Source: Eledone cirrhosa
Lineage: Eukaryota
Length of the DNA: 64,000 nucleotides
Direction of reading: 5' to 3'
Assembly (NCBI GenBank): GCA_964016885.1
Contig: OZ024740.1
Coordinates: 192,386,001 to 192,450,000, forward strand
Shown one piece after another: positions 24,250-38,681 of the stretch; within the stretch, counting starts at the first letter, position 1; each line of letters opens with the position of its first letter. Both the position numbers and the translations under genes were made by a program. The notes beneath the pieces are model-generated. The model saw only the letters and a program-made list of their open reading frames with translations, did not search any database and was not told the origin of the DNA.

Positions 24250-25620
24250 AACACATGTAAGCATTAAGAGAAGGATTTTATCCAGGTATTTACGACTGTT
24301 TCATTGGTAAGTGCAACCTTATATTGCTATACTGCAAATAGCAACCACTCGCTTATAATTGTTGTACAAAATCCAAATTTTCAAAATAGGGAGTTACTCT
24401 TGAAATAATTAATAATATATAGAGAAAAACATTTATTTGGAATTGTATTTACTAGTATAGAGAGAGGAATCAGAAGGTGAGGGGACAAACGGAAGAGTAT
24501 AGCGAGAGAGGAAGGGGGTAGTGTTATGAAGTAGAGTGACAAACTGAGTGAGATGGAGGGACGGGTAGAGGTGGAAGGATTCCTTGATCAGTTTTGATAG
24601 CAGACTTCATGTCGTCTAATGTAGTGAGTTAAAGAGAATTAAATTGATGAGAGTGGGATGGATGGAGAGAGAGAGGGAGAGAGGGGGGGGGGGATATAAA
24701 GAGATAAATATATATATGAAAAATAAAGATAAAGATAATAATGACAAAAATAAAAGCAAAGAATGGGGGAGAATGAAGAAAAGAAAAGATAGCCAAGAAG
24801 GGGAGGGAAGGAGGAAGAACACGAAGAAATAGAAGGAGAAGGGGTATACAGGTATTGGTTTTGTGGGTAATTGAAAGGGTTTAGATACAACAAGAGGGTA
24901 TAAAGTCTAAGTATATGCAGTTTGTCAGTTGGTAGTAAGAGGTTAAGGGTTCGATTTGCACGTGTAGTGCGAAAGAAAACTTCTCTTTGAGTCTATGGTT
25001 ACAATAAATTGATCTTTTTATTTTATTTTTGAGGAATATATATATATATATCCTTATCCTGCATATGCGCCAGCATACACATATGTTCTGTTTACAAATA
25101 ATATATATATTTGTGTACCTCTGTTTTTGGCTGTGTATATGCTTCTGTGTGTTTCTGATAACGCATAAGTTGTATGACTTTGCTTTTTCATTAATACAGG
25201 TTATGAGAGAAAGAAATATAATTTGAAGATAAGCTGAGAGTAAATCAAAGCAGGTAATGGAAATAAAGTAATATTTTTAGGAGGAGAAATGTGTGAGGGG
25301 AAAAGATAAGCAAGCCTCACGATTGGAAGTTGTTCAAATTTGATTTTGTTTTATCAAATTCTTTATAATTATAAATATTTGATGAAATCTGATAGCCACC
25401 TGTGGAGATAATCACTACTTTAATTCAAGTTTTGTTCACAATAATCTTTCAGCTATTCTGGAACATAACGCGAAAACTTTTAGAAAGTGTTAAAATTCGT
25501 TATATACATGTGTTTAACAATAACATTATGTTCGTCATAATAAAATCAAAACAGATATTTTCAGTAAGGAACTGTTGGTGTAAACATGTAAAAAATATTT
25601 AATTGTCGATATCGTGTAAA
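24250..25620 (-). mobile_element. Highly decayed Penelope-like element relic
   Basis: Purine-rich low-complexity region typical of a minus-strand PLE 3' UTR, decayed HHR 3' halves (GAAACAGTCGTA at ~24290), and weak RT/GIY-YIG-like translation. Confidence 0.35.
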
Positions 25621-25764
25621 TATGAAGCCCTTTGTATCTGCAGTTATTGGCATTTTTCTTTCATATCCCAAATGAAACTTGAAACTGAGTCTTCGAGATA
25701 TTATTCCGAAAATATTAAATGTAGGGACGAAGAAATTGTTTCTATTATTTAATGTATTTCAGAG

Positions 25765-25978
25765 GGCGGTGGATTGGTTGTATCGGTAGAGGGTCTGACG
25801 TCATGCTTTGCAGCAAAGTGTTATGGTCTTAGTTCAAATCCCGCCGAGGTAAACTTTGCCTTTCATACTTACGGGGGTCGATAAAATAAAGTACCAGTCA
25901 CGCACTGGGGTCGATTTAATCAACTGTCCCTCCCCCCAAAAAATTGCTGATCTTGTGCCTATATAAGAAGCCATTATT
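25765..25978 (+). mobile_element. tRNA-derived SINE, full length
   Basis: Head ggcggtggattgg, B-box gttcaaatcc, core gcctttcat..ggggtcgataaaataaagtaccag, tail cttgtgccta. Confidence 0.85.
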
Positions 25979-26384
25979 TTGCGCTGATGGAAATATTTCT
26001 AAGACGTATGGTGTTATATTATTTGTTATAGAAGTAGGAAACGTGATTTGATGAATATAACATTATGCTTTATCGTTTCTACAGATACCAAAAGCACAAC
26101 AGGCAGGAACTGCCTCCTAAATAGAATGGAGGAGCAAGTCTAATGACGGTCCATTCTATTCTAAAGTTGATGTTACCGTCCTTAAGCAGCCATGCCTGCC
26201 CAGGCGTATTGGTTTGTGATCATTTATGCCGATGTCTGAAGGAGCAGGCGTTGCAGAAGAAGCAAGGTTTAAAATCATTACCGGCTGCACCATGAATATA
26301 TGTGTAAATAAATACACGCAATGCTGCTCTACCAATTACACTACAACACCTACATATGCCCACACACAAAAAATAGGGCCGATG

Positions 26385-26423
<39 letters not shown>

Positions 26424-26689
26424 CCATCATCTCAAAAACCACAACAAATACTATATATGTTTTGTCACATTCATAGTCAGGAGAGCAGACCGTTAAAAGA
26501 ATCTGGTCCATGAATCCTATGTTTGACCTTGAGCCATTACTCTGCGAACGGCAATAACAGCTCGATCCACAAAACAAATCTTATATGTAAACGAAACTTC
26601 CTCGTTTTTTTTCTTCTGGGTTTATATATGTAAATGTGTGTGTATGTGTGGGGTGTGTGTGTGTGTGTGAGTGTGTTTGTGTGTGTGGG

Positions 26690-26739
<50 letters not shown>

Positions 26740-26754
26740 AGATGAATAAAAAAA

Positions 26755-26812
<58 letters not shown>

Positions 26813-26833
26813 TACATATAAGAGAAAACACGA

Positions 26834-27016
26834 GGAAGTTTCGTTTACGTATGAAAAGTATTTATTGCGCATCGACCTGTTACGCAGGTAGGGGTTATGG
26901 ACTCGACTTGAGTATCAATCTGCTCCTCCCTTGGGTCACCTTCAGCTAATCATCTGCGAAAAGCGCGTAACACGTCGATACGCAATAGACATTTTTCGTA
27001 TGTAGACGAAACTTTT
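26834..27016. repeat. Imperfect foldback (~52-bp arms); a third related copy of the outer end lies at ~26583-26615
   Basis: gtttcgtttacgtatgaaaa..tattgcgcatcgacctgttacgc versus gcgtaacacgtcgatacgcaata..ttttcgtatgtagacgaaac. Confidence 0.7.
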
Positions 27017-27187
27017 TCTATTATATACAATCTGCCTGAGTATAGAGCACTTGATATGGCACCAACACCAACATTTCATCGTTACCTACATTATTTATAC
27101 ATATATTTATATATTTATATACATGTATATGTTAATATATATATTTCGTTACTGAATTTGTTTAGCAAGATTGTTTAATATATATAT

Positions 27188-27380
27188 AACGAAGGAAATG
27201 TGGTAAGGAACCAGATGGACCATAACGCACCAAAGTAGTCAATACTTAGGAAATTAGAGTGGGTAATAGGAACGAGTAGGACCACGACAGCTGAGCTCAA
27301 GCCGTTTCGACGGCTAATTCTGGACTAAAAAAGAGCCGTCGAAACGGCTTGAACTCAGCCGTCGGGGTCCTACTCGTTCC
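27188..27380 (+). mobile_element. Short non-autonomous TA-embedded element with a terminal 47-bp hairpin
   Basis: Inverted arms 27269-27315 / 27334-27380. Homologous copy at 52048-52235 (minus) and a partial copy at 38682-38758. Confidence 0.8.
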
Positions 27381-27404
27381 TATATATATATATATATATA
27401 TATA

Positions 27405-27485
27405 TAAATTAGCGAGAATCGTATTTCGGCTATTGGAAATATATATATATATATATTTCCAATAGTCGAAATACGATTCTCGCTA

Positions 27486-27490
<5 letters not shown>
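27405..27490. repeat. Palindrome (~35-bp arms) around a (TA)n loop
   Basis: aaattagcgagaatcgtatttcggctattggaaa versus tttccaatagtcgaaatacgattctcgctaattt. Confidence 0.9.
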
Positions 27491-27525
<35 letters not shown>

Positions 27526-29682
27526 CTCAAATCTCGCTTCCACAATACACAACATACCCACACCAAACGATACAACCAACAACGTAGGCCACCTATAACA
27601 CCACAATCCCACACGGCACATAGAAACACACACCCATACTCGCAATACAGGAACACCCCATTCAATCTACAACCACGAACCCGAAAGACATTTTACAACA
27701 ACAAGGAATATAACAAACACAGGAGACCACTTAACATCAGCAGACAACCCCTCTACCTCAAACATTTTTTAGACACACCACACAGATACAGGCAAACAAA
27801 ATAACACAAGACAGGGAGGAGAAACCGAGAGTAATAAAAGTTATCAATCTAACTAGTCCAGAACCAACACCCAACCTTATCAACCTACTCTTCAAAGGTC
27901 TTAAATTCACACCGACCCATTACGTCCTAACTACTATGAAATGAAGGAAGACATCACAAACTTCTGTAGAAAGTTACGACTCAGTGAAGAACTATTCGAC
28001 CAGTACAATGAGGATGAATCATTAGCCAGAAATAGAAGCAACTACACCCCATCAAAAGGTAGAAATAAGATCGTGGACGAATTCTGTGAACACATCACAA
28101 ACTTCCCTTACCAACACTTACACAGACAAAATCACAAGCCAAACCTCAACAAGAAAGAATGGGAAGAATTAAATAGATTAAAAACCGACAGAACCATTGC
28201 AATTAAAGAGGCTGATAAAGGGAGTACAGTAGTCCTAATAATGGAGACAGAATTCTATACCAACTTAGCGCTCTCCACTTTGGAAAACGAAACATACTAC
28301 GAAAAGGCTGAACACTACAATCAACAGAAAATTATAAGAAACCTAAAAACTCTGATCAACCAATACAAAGAAGGACTCACTAACAAGGAATTCAGCTTCA
28401 TCACATACTTCACAAGTAAATCCAGCCTTTTCTACGATATCCCTAAAGTACATAAAAGCGAAATTAATAAGTAAGGCATGCAAGGAAGCAACATCAATGT
28501 CCTCTCACCCATTGATCTCAAATTAAGACCTATAATAGCAGGCCCCGCTTGCGAAACCCACCGCCTTAGCAACTTCATTGATACCCTTCTCAAGCCTTTT
28601 CTCAGGGACGACCTAGATATGCTCAATCACCTCTTTAATATGCCCCTTTCTGAACAAACCCTACTAGTGACGTTCGATGTAGTCAACCTATACTCCAACA
28701 TCCCCCACAACCTAGGAATAGAAGCTATCCAATTCTGGCTGGATAATTACCACAATGAACTCCCACATGGCATCAAAAAAGAATTCGTGATGGAGAGACT
28801 AAAATTATTTTGAAGATGAATTACTTCGTTTTCAATAACAAATCCTACAGGCAAAATCTGGGACCGCTTTGGGAACGAAAACAGCCCCCACTTATCCCAA
28901 CCTAGTCATGGGATACCTGGAAATCACCCTCTACCCTAAAGTACTAAACAAATTTGGAAACGCTCTCCACTTACACATAGAAAAGAACTGGAAGCGATAT
29001 CTAGATGACTGTTTCATCCTTTGGCACGAAAACATCAAGAAACTTAAATAATTTCACACCCTTATAAATGGGCTCAACACGAATATTAACTTCATGATGG
29101 AATACAGCCATCAACAACTCCCCTTCCTCGACATCCTCATTAAGATTCATAACAAAAAAATAGAAACAGGCATATACAACAAGCCCACAGACTCCAAGCA
29201 ATATCTTCCTTTCAACTCTTGCCACCCTAGACACGTTTAAATTAATATCCCTACAACTTAGCCAAGAGAATCTGTACTATAGTCTCCAATAAAAACACCT
29301 GTTACTTACGGCTACAAGAACTAAAGGACACACTCATAGGCAGGGACTACCCTGCATCACTAATTGACAATGGAATCCAACGTGCCCTAAAACTCAGTAC
29401 CCAGGACCTTAGACACCCTAAAGTAAATCAACCGAAACTAAAAGCTCTTCCATACATCTACACACACAACTCCCTCAACAATGAGGCCTTTGACACCATC
29501 CTCCAGAACATCCCTGTGTTAAAAAAGGACCATAGAATGAACCAAATCCTTCGAACACACGATATCATGAAGAGCAAAAGACAACCTAAGTCAATGAAAA
29601 ACATCCTAACACGTGCCAAAGTACTGCCAACCACAACAACGAAACCCACAGTAAAAAAATGCGATAGACCCAACTGTGGCAT

Positions 29683-30060
29683 ATGCATCAACCTAATAGA
29701 CGGTTCGGAATTCTATTTCAAAGAAGGCCAACGTTTATAGTAAAACACAATTTCACATGCGCATCAGAACATCTATTATATGTATTAAGTTGCTCAGGTT
29801 GTCGAGAACAATACATAGGCCGGACCAAAAAAACAGCCTCCGCCAACGCATTATTGTCCATAGATCCCAAATTAAAAAAACCGGAATACAGGAAAATACC
29901 ACCGAGTGAACACATTGATACCTGTGCCGCCCCAAATCATCCCAACTTTAGAATCTTTCCCCTCTACAAATGTAAAGATAATGCCACCCACACCCAGCGC
30001 ATCAGCAAGGAATCTCACTTTATTAACAAATACGGACCCCGTCTAAACACTTCTCCCTAA
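29683..30060 (+). pseudogene. GIY-YIG endonuclease fragment of the PLE
   Basis: HLLYVLSCSGCREQYIGRT ... HIDTC ... ESHFINKY. Confidence 0.85.
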
Positions 30061-30075
30061 GACGAACCCACAACA

Positions 30076-30243
30076 TACACACGTCAACATACATACCTAC
30101 ATCATCATACATCCTACAAACATCTCTATCCACATATAAACACAATGACATACGTAAAATACACACGTCAACATACATACCTACATCATCATACATCCTA
30201 CAAACATCTCTATCCACATATAAACACAATGACATACGTAAAC
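30076..30243 (+). repeat. 84-bp tandem duplication in the PLE 3' UTR
   Basis: The unit starting tacacacgtcaacatac occurs at 30076 and 30160. Confidence 0.9.
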
Positions 30244-30393
30244 ACACATGTTCTATGGTGCAACCCAAATATACACACACACAGACACCCGGATGTGGCG
30301 CATGCGCAGACTGAGCACACAACACACATACAGAAACAAGATGGCATAGGACAGAACAAAGGCGAGGCACAAAAACAAAGTAAAGAATCCCCA

Positions 30394-30436
30394 GTCAATG
30401 AAGAGGTCACATAATGTGTGACGAAAGAACTTTGAC
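30394..30436 (+). ncRNA. Degenerate hammerhead motif in the PLE 3' pLTR
   Basis: GTCA-[ATGAAGA]-G-GTCACAT-aat-GTGTGAC-[GAAA]-GAACTT-TGAC; C3 is mutated to A. Confidence 0.6.
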
Positions 30437-30582
30437 AATATATAAACAACCATCTGGTTGTGGAACCAACCAACCAACCGGAAATTTATAAATTCCTAAA
30501 TTTATAAAAGTATTATAATAAATTGAAGTGAAAGTAACTGGTGGGTGTGTTTCTTATTGGCAACATGACCCTCCCAAAGTAT

Positions 30583-30644
<62 letters not shown>

Positions 30645-30650
30645 GTGTGT

Positions 30651-30689
<39 letters not shown>

Positions 30690-30694
<5 letters not shown>

Positions 30695-31574
30695 GGTGTG
30701 TCAGAAAAGTTGCAGGACTGATGTCACAAATGATTTATTTCAAACCCAAACTTCATACTAACAGTTTTCTCCTTCAAAGTAAACCCGCTGGAGTATGTAA
30801 ATGTAATCTTAGCTCTCTGCAGCGATCAAACTTTTTTCTTCTTAATTTTATATACATGTCCTCCCATTCAGGTCGTCAAGCAATCAGCACAGAGCAATGA
30901 ACAAATTTGAAGTTTCTGGTACGGTTGAGGAACTCCGGCAGAAGCACTGGGATTGCTGCAGCAAGTGTATGAAGATGAGACGATGTCACGCTCACGTGTT
31001 TTTGAGTGGTGCCAGATGACCCCAGGAGCGGAAGGCCCTCAACAACTAGGACTGAGGTCAACGTTAAAGGCGTCAGGCAGATGTTGCGTAGCGATCGTCG
31101 GCTGACTGTTCGACTGATGGCAAATGAGCTGGGCATGAATCGGGTCAGCGTCTGGAAGATTCTCACTGAAGATTTGGACATGCGGAAATTCTGCGCGAAG
31201 ATGGTGCCAACACTGCTGAACGATGACCAGAAGGGTCGACGCATGCAGTGTGCAAGGACATCCTCGAGCGCCTTGAAACCGAACCAGACTTGCTAGGGTC
31301 AGTCATCACCGGTGCTGAGTCATGAATCTTCGAGTACGACCCGGACCGGGCCCGTTTTGAAGATGTTGGCGACATCAAAAAGGCCGTGACCACGGAACTG
31401 CGGAGGTTCCTGGAAGAATCTTTCCAGGAGTGCATGAAAGCGTGGTAGTAAAGGATGGAAAAGTGCTTTAGACTCCAGGGGTATTACTTTGAAGGAGAAA
31501 ACTCTTAGTGTGAAGTTCGGGTTTAAAATAAATATTTTGTGACATCTACCTGGAACTTTTCTGACACACCTCGT
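30690..31574 (+). mobile_element. Internally deleted mariner (Tc1/mariner) DNA transposon
   Basis: Imperfect inverted termini of ~100 bp (aggtgtgtcagaaaagtt / aacttttctgacacacctcgta). Transposase remnant DDPRSGRPST..DRRLTVRLMANELG..VWKILTEDLDMRKFCAKMVP. Confidence 0.9.
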
Positions 31575-32020
31575 ATATATATATATGTGTGTGTCTGTGT
31601 CTGTTTGTGTGTGTATGTGTGTGTGCGTGTGAATATGTGCGTGCGTGTGCGTATGTGTATGTGTGTGTATGTGTGTGTGTGCGTGTGTTTTTGAATTCGA
31701 CAGGCTTCTGCTCACCCAGTGAAGGAAATTCCACTTAGAAGTCACTTGATCTTGACACCAACAACTTAACCACACAACCATACCTATGTGCATATTCATA
31801 CTAAATTTAAAATTTGAAATTCAGAAACATGTTAATATTAAGAAGTGCTGTATGTGTGTAAAAACTTTGAAAGTCTTGAATGTTAAAATCTCATTTTCGA
31901 TATATCTGAACCGATAACTTATATATGTGGATACATTGAAATTAAATATTGAAAACGATGGATTTGCTATTAAAAAGCTGAAAGCATTAATTTTTTAGGA
32001 TACAACACGAAAAAGAATTA

Positions 32021-32083
<63 letters not shown>

Positions 32084-32304
32084 TATGTAACGAAAAACAC
32101 GAATCTGATATATCGGGCAAAAAACACAAATTAGTAGATCGGAAATTGATGGAAACTTATAAGTGATACGTAATACACACACTCATACACCCACCCAAAT
32201 ACACACACACACACATATATTATATGTATTTATGTATATATGTATATTGAATGGGTTCTTATATACATATGTAATTTTAGATATTTATATACATGGATAT
32301 AATT

Positions 32305-33010
<706 letters not shown>

Positions 33011-33339
33011 TTCAGGCAGACCCACTCTCCCAACACACACACACATGAAGGAAATATTGAAAGCGATGCGTTAGCAAACGTAACCTTGGCAATTATTATT
33101 TTAAAAAGAAACCTCAGAACTATGAATAGATAACTAACATCTATGAAACATAACTGCGAATATACAACTATAATTGTGGAAGCCTTCTTTACACCTATGA
33201 CTTTGGTTTGAGCTGAGCGAATCATTTACACGTATTAAATTCCCCAAATGGCTCACATTTACACCTAGTCTTGTTCATTTAGTTGAAACCGATTTCACTA
33301 TGGCAACGGTATTTGTATGGCTAAAGTTTTCGTTTCCTC

Positions 33340-33414
33340 TATATATATTTAGATATATATATAGTCATATATGTATGTGTGTCAATGTATCCTAGTGTGT
33401 ATGTGTGTGTATGT

Positions 33415-33467
<53 letters not shown>

Positions 33468-33510
33468 TATATACATGTATATATACATGAATATATACAT
33501 GTATATATAC

Positions 33511-33566
<56 letters not shown>

Positions 33567-33572
33567 ATATAC

Positions 33573-33623
<51 letters not shown>

Positions 33624-33852
33624 TATATACATGTATATATATATATATACATATATATATATCAATACATATATATATACATGTATATATATATATCAAT
33701 ACATATATACATACATGTATATATATATATATATATACATGTATATATATACATATATATATGTATATATATATATACATGTATATATATATATACATGT
33801 ATATATATATATACATGTATATATACATGTATATATATATATATACATATAC
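33340..33852. repeat. Degenerate (TA)n/TACATG microsatellite
   Basis: Directly visible. Confidence 0.95.
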
Positions 33853-34231
33853 AGTGAGAAATGAAATTTCGTTTTCATTTTTTTTCAACTTATCGTTTTC
33901 GGTATGCCTGACCGATTTAACTCACTCAATATGCAAATTAGGCTGCTCAGCCGTTAATTTTCATAAGGAAAGTTTATACTTTCGAACGTTCAACTATCTG
34001 GCAGATGGGTAAACGGTGCTGATGATAGCTAACAAGCTTGAAACTAGTACATCGTTCCTGTGTCAGTGTTGAACAAAAAGGTGACGTGGTTGCCTTAACA
34101 CCGTATGGCATAAATTCAGGCTGTTCGATTTGTTGACAAACAAACGAACAAAGCTGCGTTATAATAAACGTCGGCTAAACTGATGCGCGCATATATGTAT
34201 GTGTACCTGTGTGCATATATGTATATATATG

Positions 34232-34310
<79 letters not shown>

Positions 34311-34425
34311 GCATGCTACTGTACATCTGTATACATATATGTATGTACGTATACATACATACTTACATTTAAGTAAGTGCCATACTAAGAGTGAGAAATG
34401 AAATTTCGTTTTCATTTTTTTTCAA

Positions 34426-34430
<5 letters not shown>
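33853..34430 (+). mobile_element. ORF-less HHR-containing module with a 41-bp terminal direct repeat (period 537 nt)
   Basis: agtgagaaatgaaatttcgttttcattttttttcaacttat occurs at 33853 and 34390; HHR at 34012. Confidence 0.65.
34012..34056 (+). ncRNA. Canonical minimal type-I hammerhead ribozyme
   Basis: AACGGTG-[CTGATGA]-T-AGCT-aaca-AGCT-T-[GAAA]-CTA-GTA^-CATCGTT. 7-bp stem I; palindromic stem III ACTAGT. Confidence 0.85.
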
Positions 34431-34498
<68 letters not shown>

Positions 34499-34499
<1 letters not shown>

Positions 34500-34764
34500 A
34501 TTTAATATATCTACTAACATAAGCGCACAGATGTACGCTAATGCCAGAAAATACACAGGTTATGTCATAGTACCTAGGTGGTTCAATGCAGGAGGATGCA
34601 GAACAATAATATAAATGACGTAAAATAAGAAAATTTATTTTACGTCTTTTATATTATTGTTCTGCATCCTCCTGCATTGAACCACCTAGGTACTATGACA
34701 TAACCTGTGTATTTGCTGGCATTAGCGTACATATGTGCGCTTATGTTAGTAGATATATTAAATT
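34499..34764. repeat. Near-perfect palindrome, ~130-bp arms with a very small loop
   Basis: Arms are reverse complements with ~3 mismatches, centred at ~34631. Confidence 0.95.
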
Positions 34765-35044
34765 ATCTATATTTATCTCCAAAATCACTGATTTGTCGAG
34801 CAAACCTGCCAAAACCACTACTAAATTTTTGGTGTGTTAGTAGGCGTCTGTCATCTTACCTTCCCACTCCTACCGACTAGCCTCAGTGTCACGTGATTGA
34901 TTCTTTAGAATCGGCCATTTGACCAGTGGCAGCGAGATTTTCAGTACTGGAATCCAGTCCCCGATAGCTGTTCCATTTACCGAATTATTATTATTTTTAT
35001 ATGAGTCCCCAGTGTCCGCGCATTGCCTGGAGATTTGGCTGAGA

Positions 35045-35105
35045 ATAGACCTCCCTGATGACGCAATGAAATTCTCAACAGTTCATTACGTAACTGTCTC
35101 TATCC
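35045..35105 (+). ncRNA. Decayed hammerhead-like motif
   Basis: [CTGATGA]-C-GCAATGAA...TTCATTAC-[GTAA]-CT-GTC; GAAA box mutated and stem I out of register. Confidence 0.35.
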
Positions 35106-35155
35106 CATTGCAGAAACTAATTAGTTGGAGTGAACATTTTAGTAAGTAAGTTAAT

Positions 35156-36237
<1,082 letters not shown>

Positions 36238-36316
36238 GATAAGCAGAACAAGTAAAATTCAATCAATTTTTCAAAATACATTAAAAAATATAATATAAAT
36301 ATTTACCTCTTCTAGT

Positions 36317-36399
36317 GGCCCTTACTGATCAGTTTCGCTTTGTAAAACCTCATAAATCCGATGGATTTATGATGGAAAACCAAAGCTCATCAGAGAAGC
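36317..36399 (-). ncRNA. Type-I hammerhead ribozyme with extended stem II (copy 1)
   Basis: Minus strand: gcttct-[CTGATGA]-GCTTTG..tcataaatcc-atc-ggatttatga..CAAAGC-[GAAA]-CTGATCA-GTA^-agggc. Confidence 0.82.
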
Positions 36400-36801
36400 A
36401 TTTTCCCATCCTAGGGCTAAACGTCCCAGGAACGACAAAATATACAACCTCCTGCCAGCTAATAAAGGTCTGAAAGGTCGTAAAAGTGACCCGTATGTAA
36501 ACTGGACCGAAGTAAAAGCGGGAAAATCAAAGACTTGCTGTCTACAATTACTACTAAAAAAATAGCAGCCAAGTAGAGCAACAGATTTGTTCTCGACGGA
36601 CGGAGAAAAAGGTAGAAGTTAATATGTCCAGGGATACTAGGTACCCCTAGAAATACATAGGTTGTCTATGATTCAAGGTTGTTCAATGGTGTTAATTTGA
36701 TACACCAGAACTTTAATATTAAGATAAGCAGAACAAGTAAAATTCAATCAATTTTTCAAAATACATTAAAAAATATAATATAAATATTTACCTCTTCTAG
36801 T

Positions 36802-36884
36802 GGCCCTTACTGATCAGTTTCGCTTCGTAAAACCTCATAAATCCGATGGATTTATGATGGAAAACCAAAGCTCATCAGAGAAGC
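36802..36884 (-). ncRNA. Type-I hammerhead ribozyme with extended stem II (copy 2)
   Basis: Same as copy 1; a single A>G change converts a U-A pair to U-G in stem II. Confidence 0.82.
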
Positions 36885-37163
36885 ATATCAAAAACATGTA
36901 TTCAGTTAGAAACTCAAAATAGTCTCATTCCCGTAGATTACATCTAGGAAACAAATGTTTACGAGACGTATATAATTGAAGAGAAAGGTATAACAAACCC
37001 AGACATATATATATACGTGTGTTCAAATCGTAATGGACCAATACCGCTAAGGTGAAAACATACTAACTACAGAGAATATGGTTTGCTAGACTCAATTTAA
37101 GAATAAATTAAGAAAAATAAATACACACCAGTATTGTGGTAACTACTATCACCCAGACGCTCT

Positions 37164-37230
37164 TTGATAGAACCGTTTCGCAATAATATTTGGAAAAGAT
37201 ATACCAAATTCCAGGCTCATCAGTGTATAT
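37164..37230 (-). ncRNA. Partly decayed hammerhead motif
   Basis: Minus strand: [CTGATGA]-GC..tttgg..ccaaa..GC-[GAAA]-CGGTT; stem I is poor. Confidence 0.45.
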
Positions 37231-37454
37231 TTAACGCACATCGTTCCCGAACTCAATACATGATTTTGATATATTCGGCTCCGTTAATTAGTAAAGCTAT
37301 TTCAAATGTCGTGTAGACCCAACTGCTATTTTTAGTGGTGTAAGTATGCGCGACACGCAAAGTTCGGGAACCATGTGCGCTATATATATGCACACATTTT
37401 CCAGTTTTCTATTTGACTGAAAAGTGAGGAGGATACTAATTTCATCACCCACTG

Positions 37455-37600
<146 letters not shown>

Positions 37601-37611
37601 CATATATATGA

Positions 37612-37719
<108 letters not shown>

Positions 37720-38681
37720 AAGATGAATATAAAATGAAAGTGCTTTTATAAAGGAATTTATTTGGTCTTGACATATGTTTCTGTAACAGACAGAATACAT
37801 ATGTATCGCTGCTTGCGTAATCATATAATGTTAGCAAGTATTCGATAGCAAATGTATAATCAGTTGTCACTTCTTCAGAGATATTGGATAAATTGGAAAA
37901 AATCAGAAACATTGAAGTATTTATATTAGTTGTAAGAAAGGAAGAAGAGAGGGGATAGTATATGACATATGGCAATTCAATTTACTGGTAAACAAGTATA
38001 TAGAAGGTTTCTAATGAGAATACAATGAGTATATGGCTTATTTTATCTAAATATGAATTTTTGGGAGTGCCTATTTTAATATATACTAGACCAATTGAAC
38101 AACGGACAGAGCTGGCCGTTTTGTGTAGTAGTATTAATAGATATAAAGTGTCAATTAAGGAAGAGGCAGATTTTCACTGCTACTGTATAACAACAATGCT
38201 GGTAGCCTGCTGGTATATGCATTAGGGATTTGAATTAAGAAATCTCATTTTATCTATAGCAGTTTATATTAAATGGTAAAGAATAGAAGAGTTGATAGAA
38301 TTAAGACTAATAGAGAATGATAATATGTATTTTGACAATCAAACGGAGATGGAGACAGGCGTTCAATCCTGGTAGCGTTTGTAATATGAAAATGTAGATT
38401 TCAAGCGATGGTTACAGTATAACGATCGCTCCATTCTGTTATTTCCAGTCGCTGGAATGGTAAAGGGGCGAGGATGGGTAGGTGTGAAAGTTGGAGTGAG
38501 GAGTGTGTGTGTGTGTATTAGTAGAGGTGTTAGTGGGATGAGTGAGTGTGGGGCGAGGGTGTAGGTGGAGCGGGAAGAGAAGGGTGTGTGTAGTTCTATG
38601 GAGGGAGTGTGGTGTACTGGAGTGTGTGTAGTTTGATGAAGGGGGTGTTAGTGGGTGTTAGTATACGGGAGGTGGGGATAT

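Larger units (their letters stand above)
27520..30500 (+). mobile_element. Penelope-like element (RT + C-terminal GIY-YIG), frameshifted
   Basis: KEADKGSTVV, IPKVHK, RPIIAG, LVTFDVVNLYSNIP, GTKTAPTYPNLVMG, KRYLDDCF, LPFLD, KCDRPNCGIC, LLYVLSCSGCREQYIGRT, ESHFINKYGPRLN. CA-rich 3' UTR with a decayed HHR. Confidence 0.92.

Noticed and set aside
26085-26270. Possible exon after a ...tttctacag acceptor
   Set aside because: Early stops in all three frames and no homology I can recognise.
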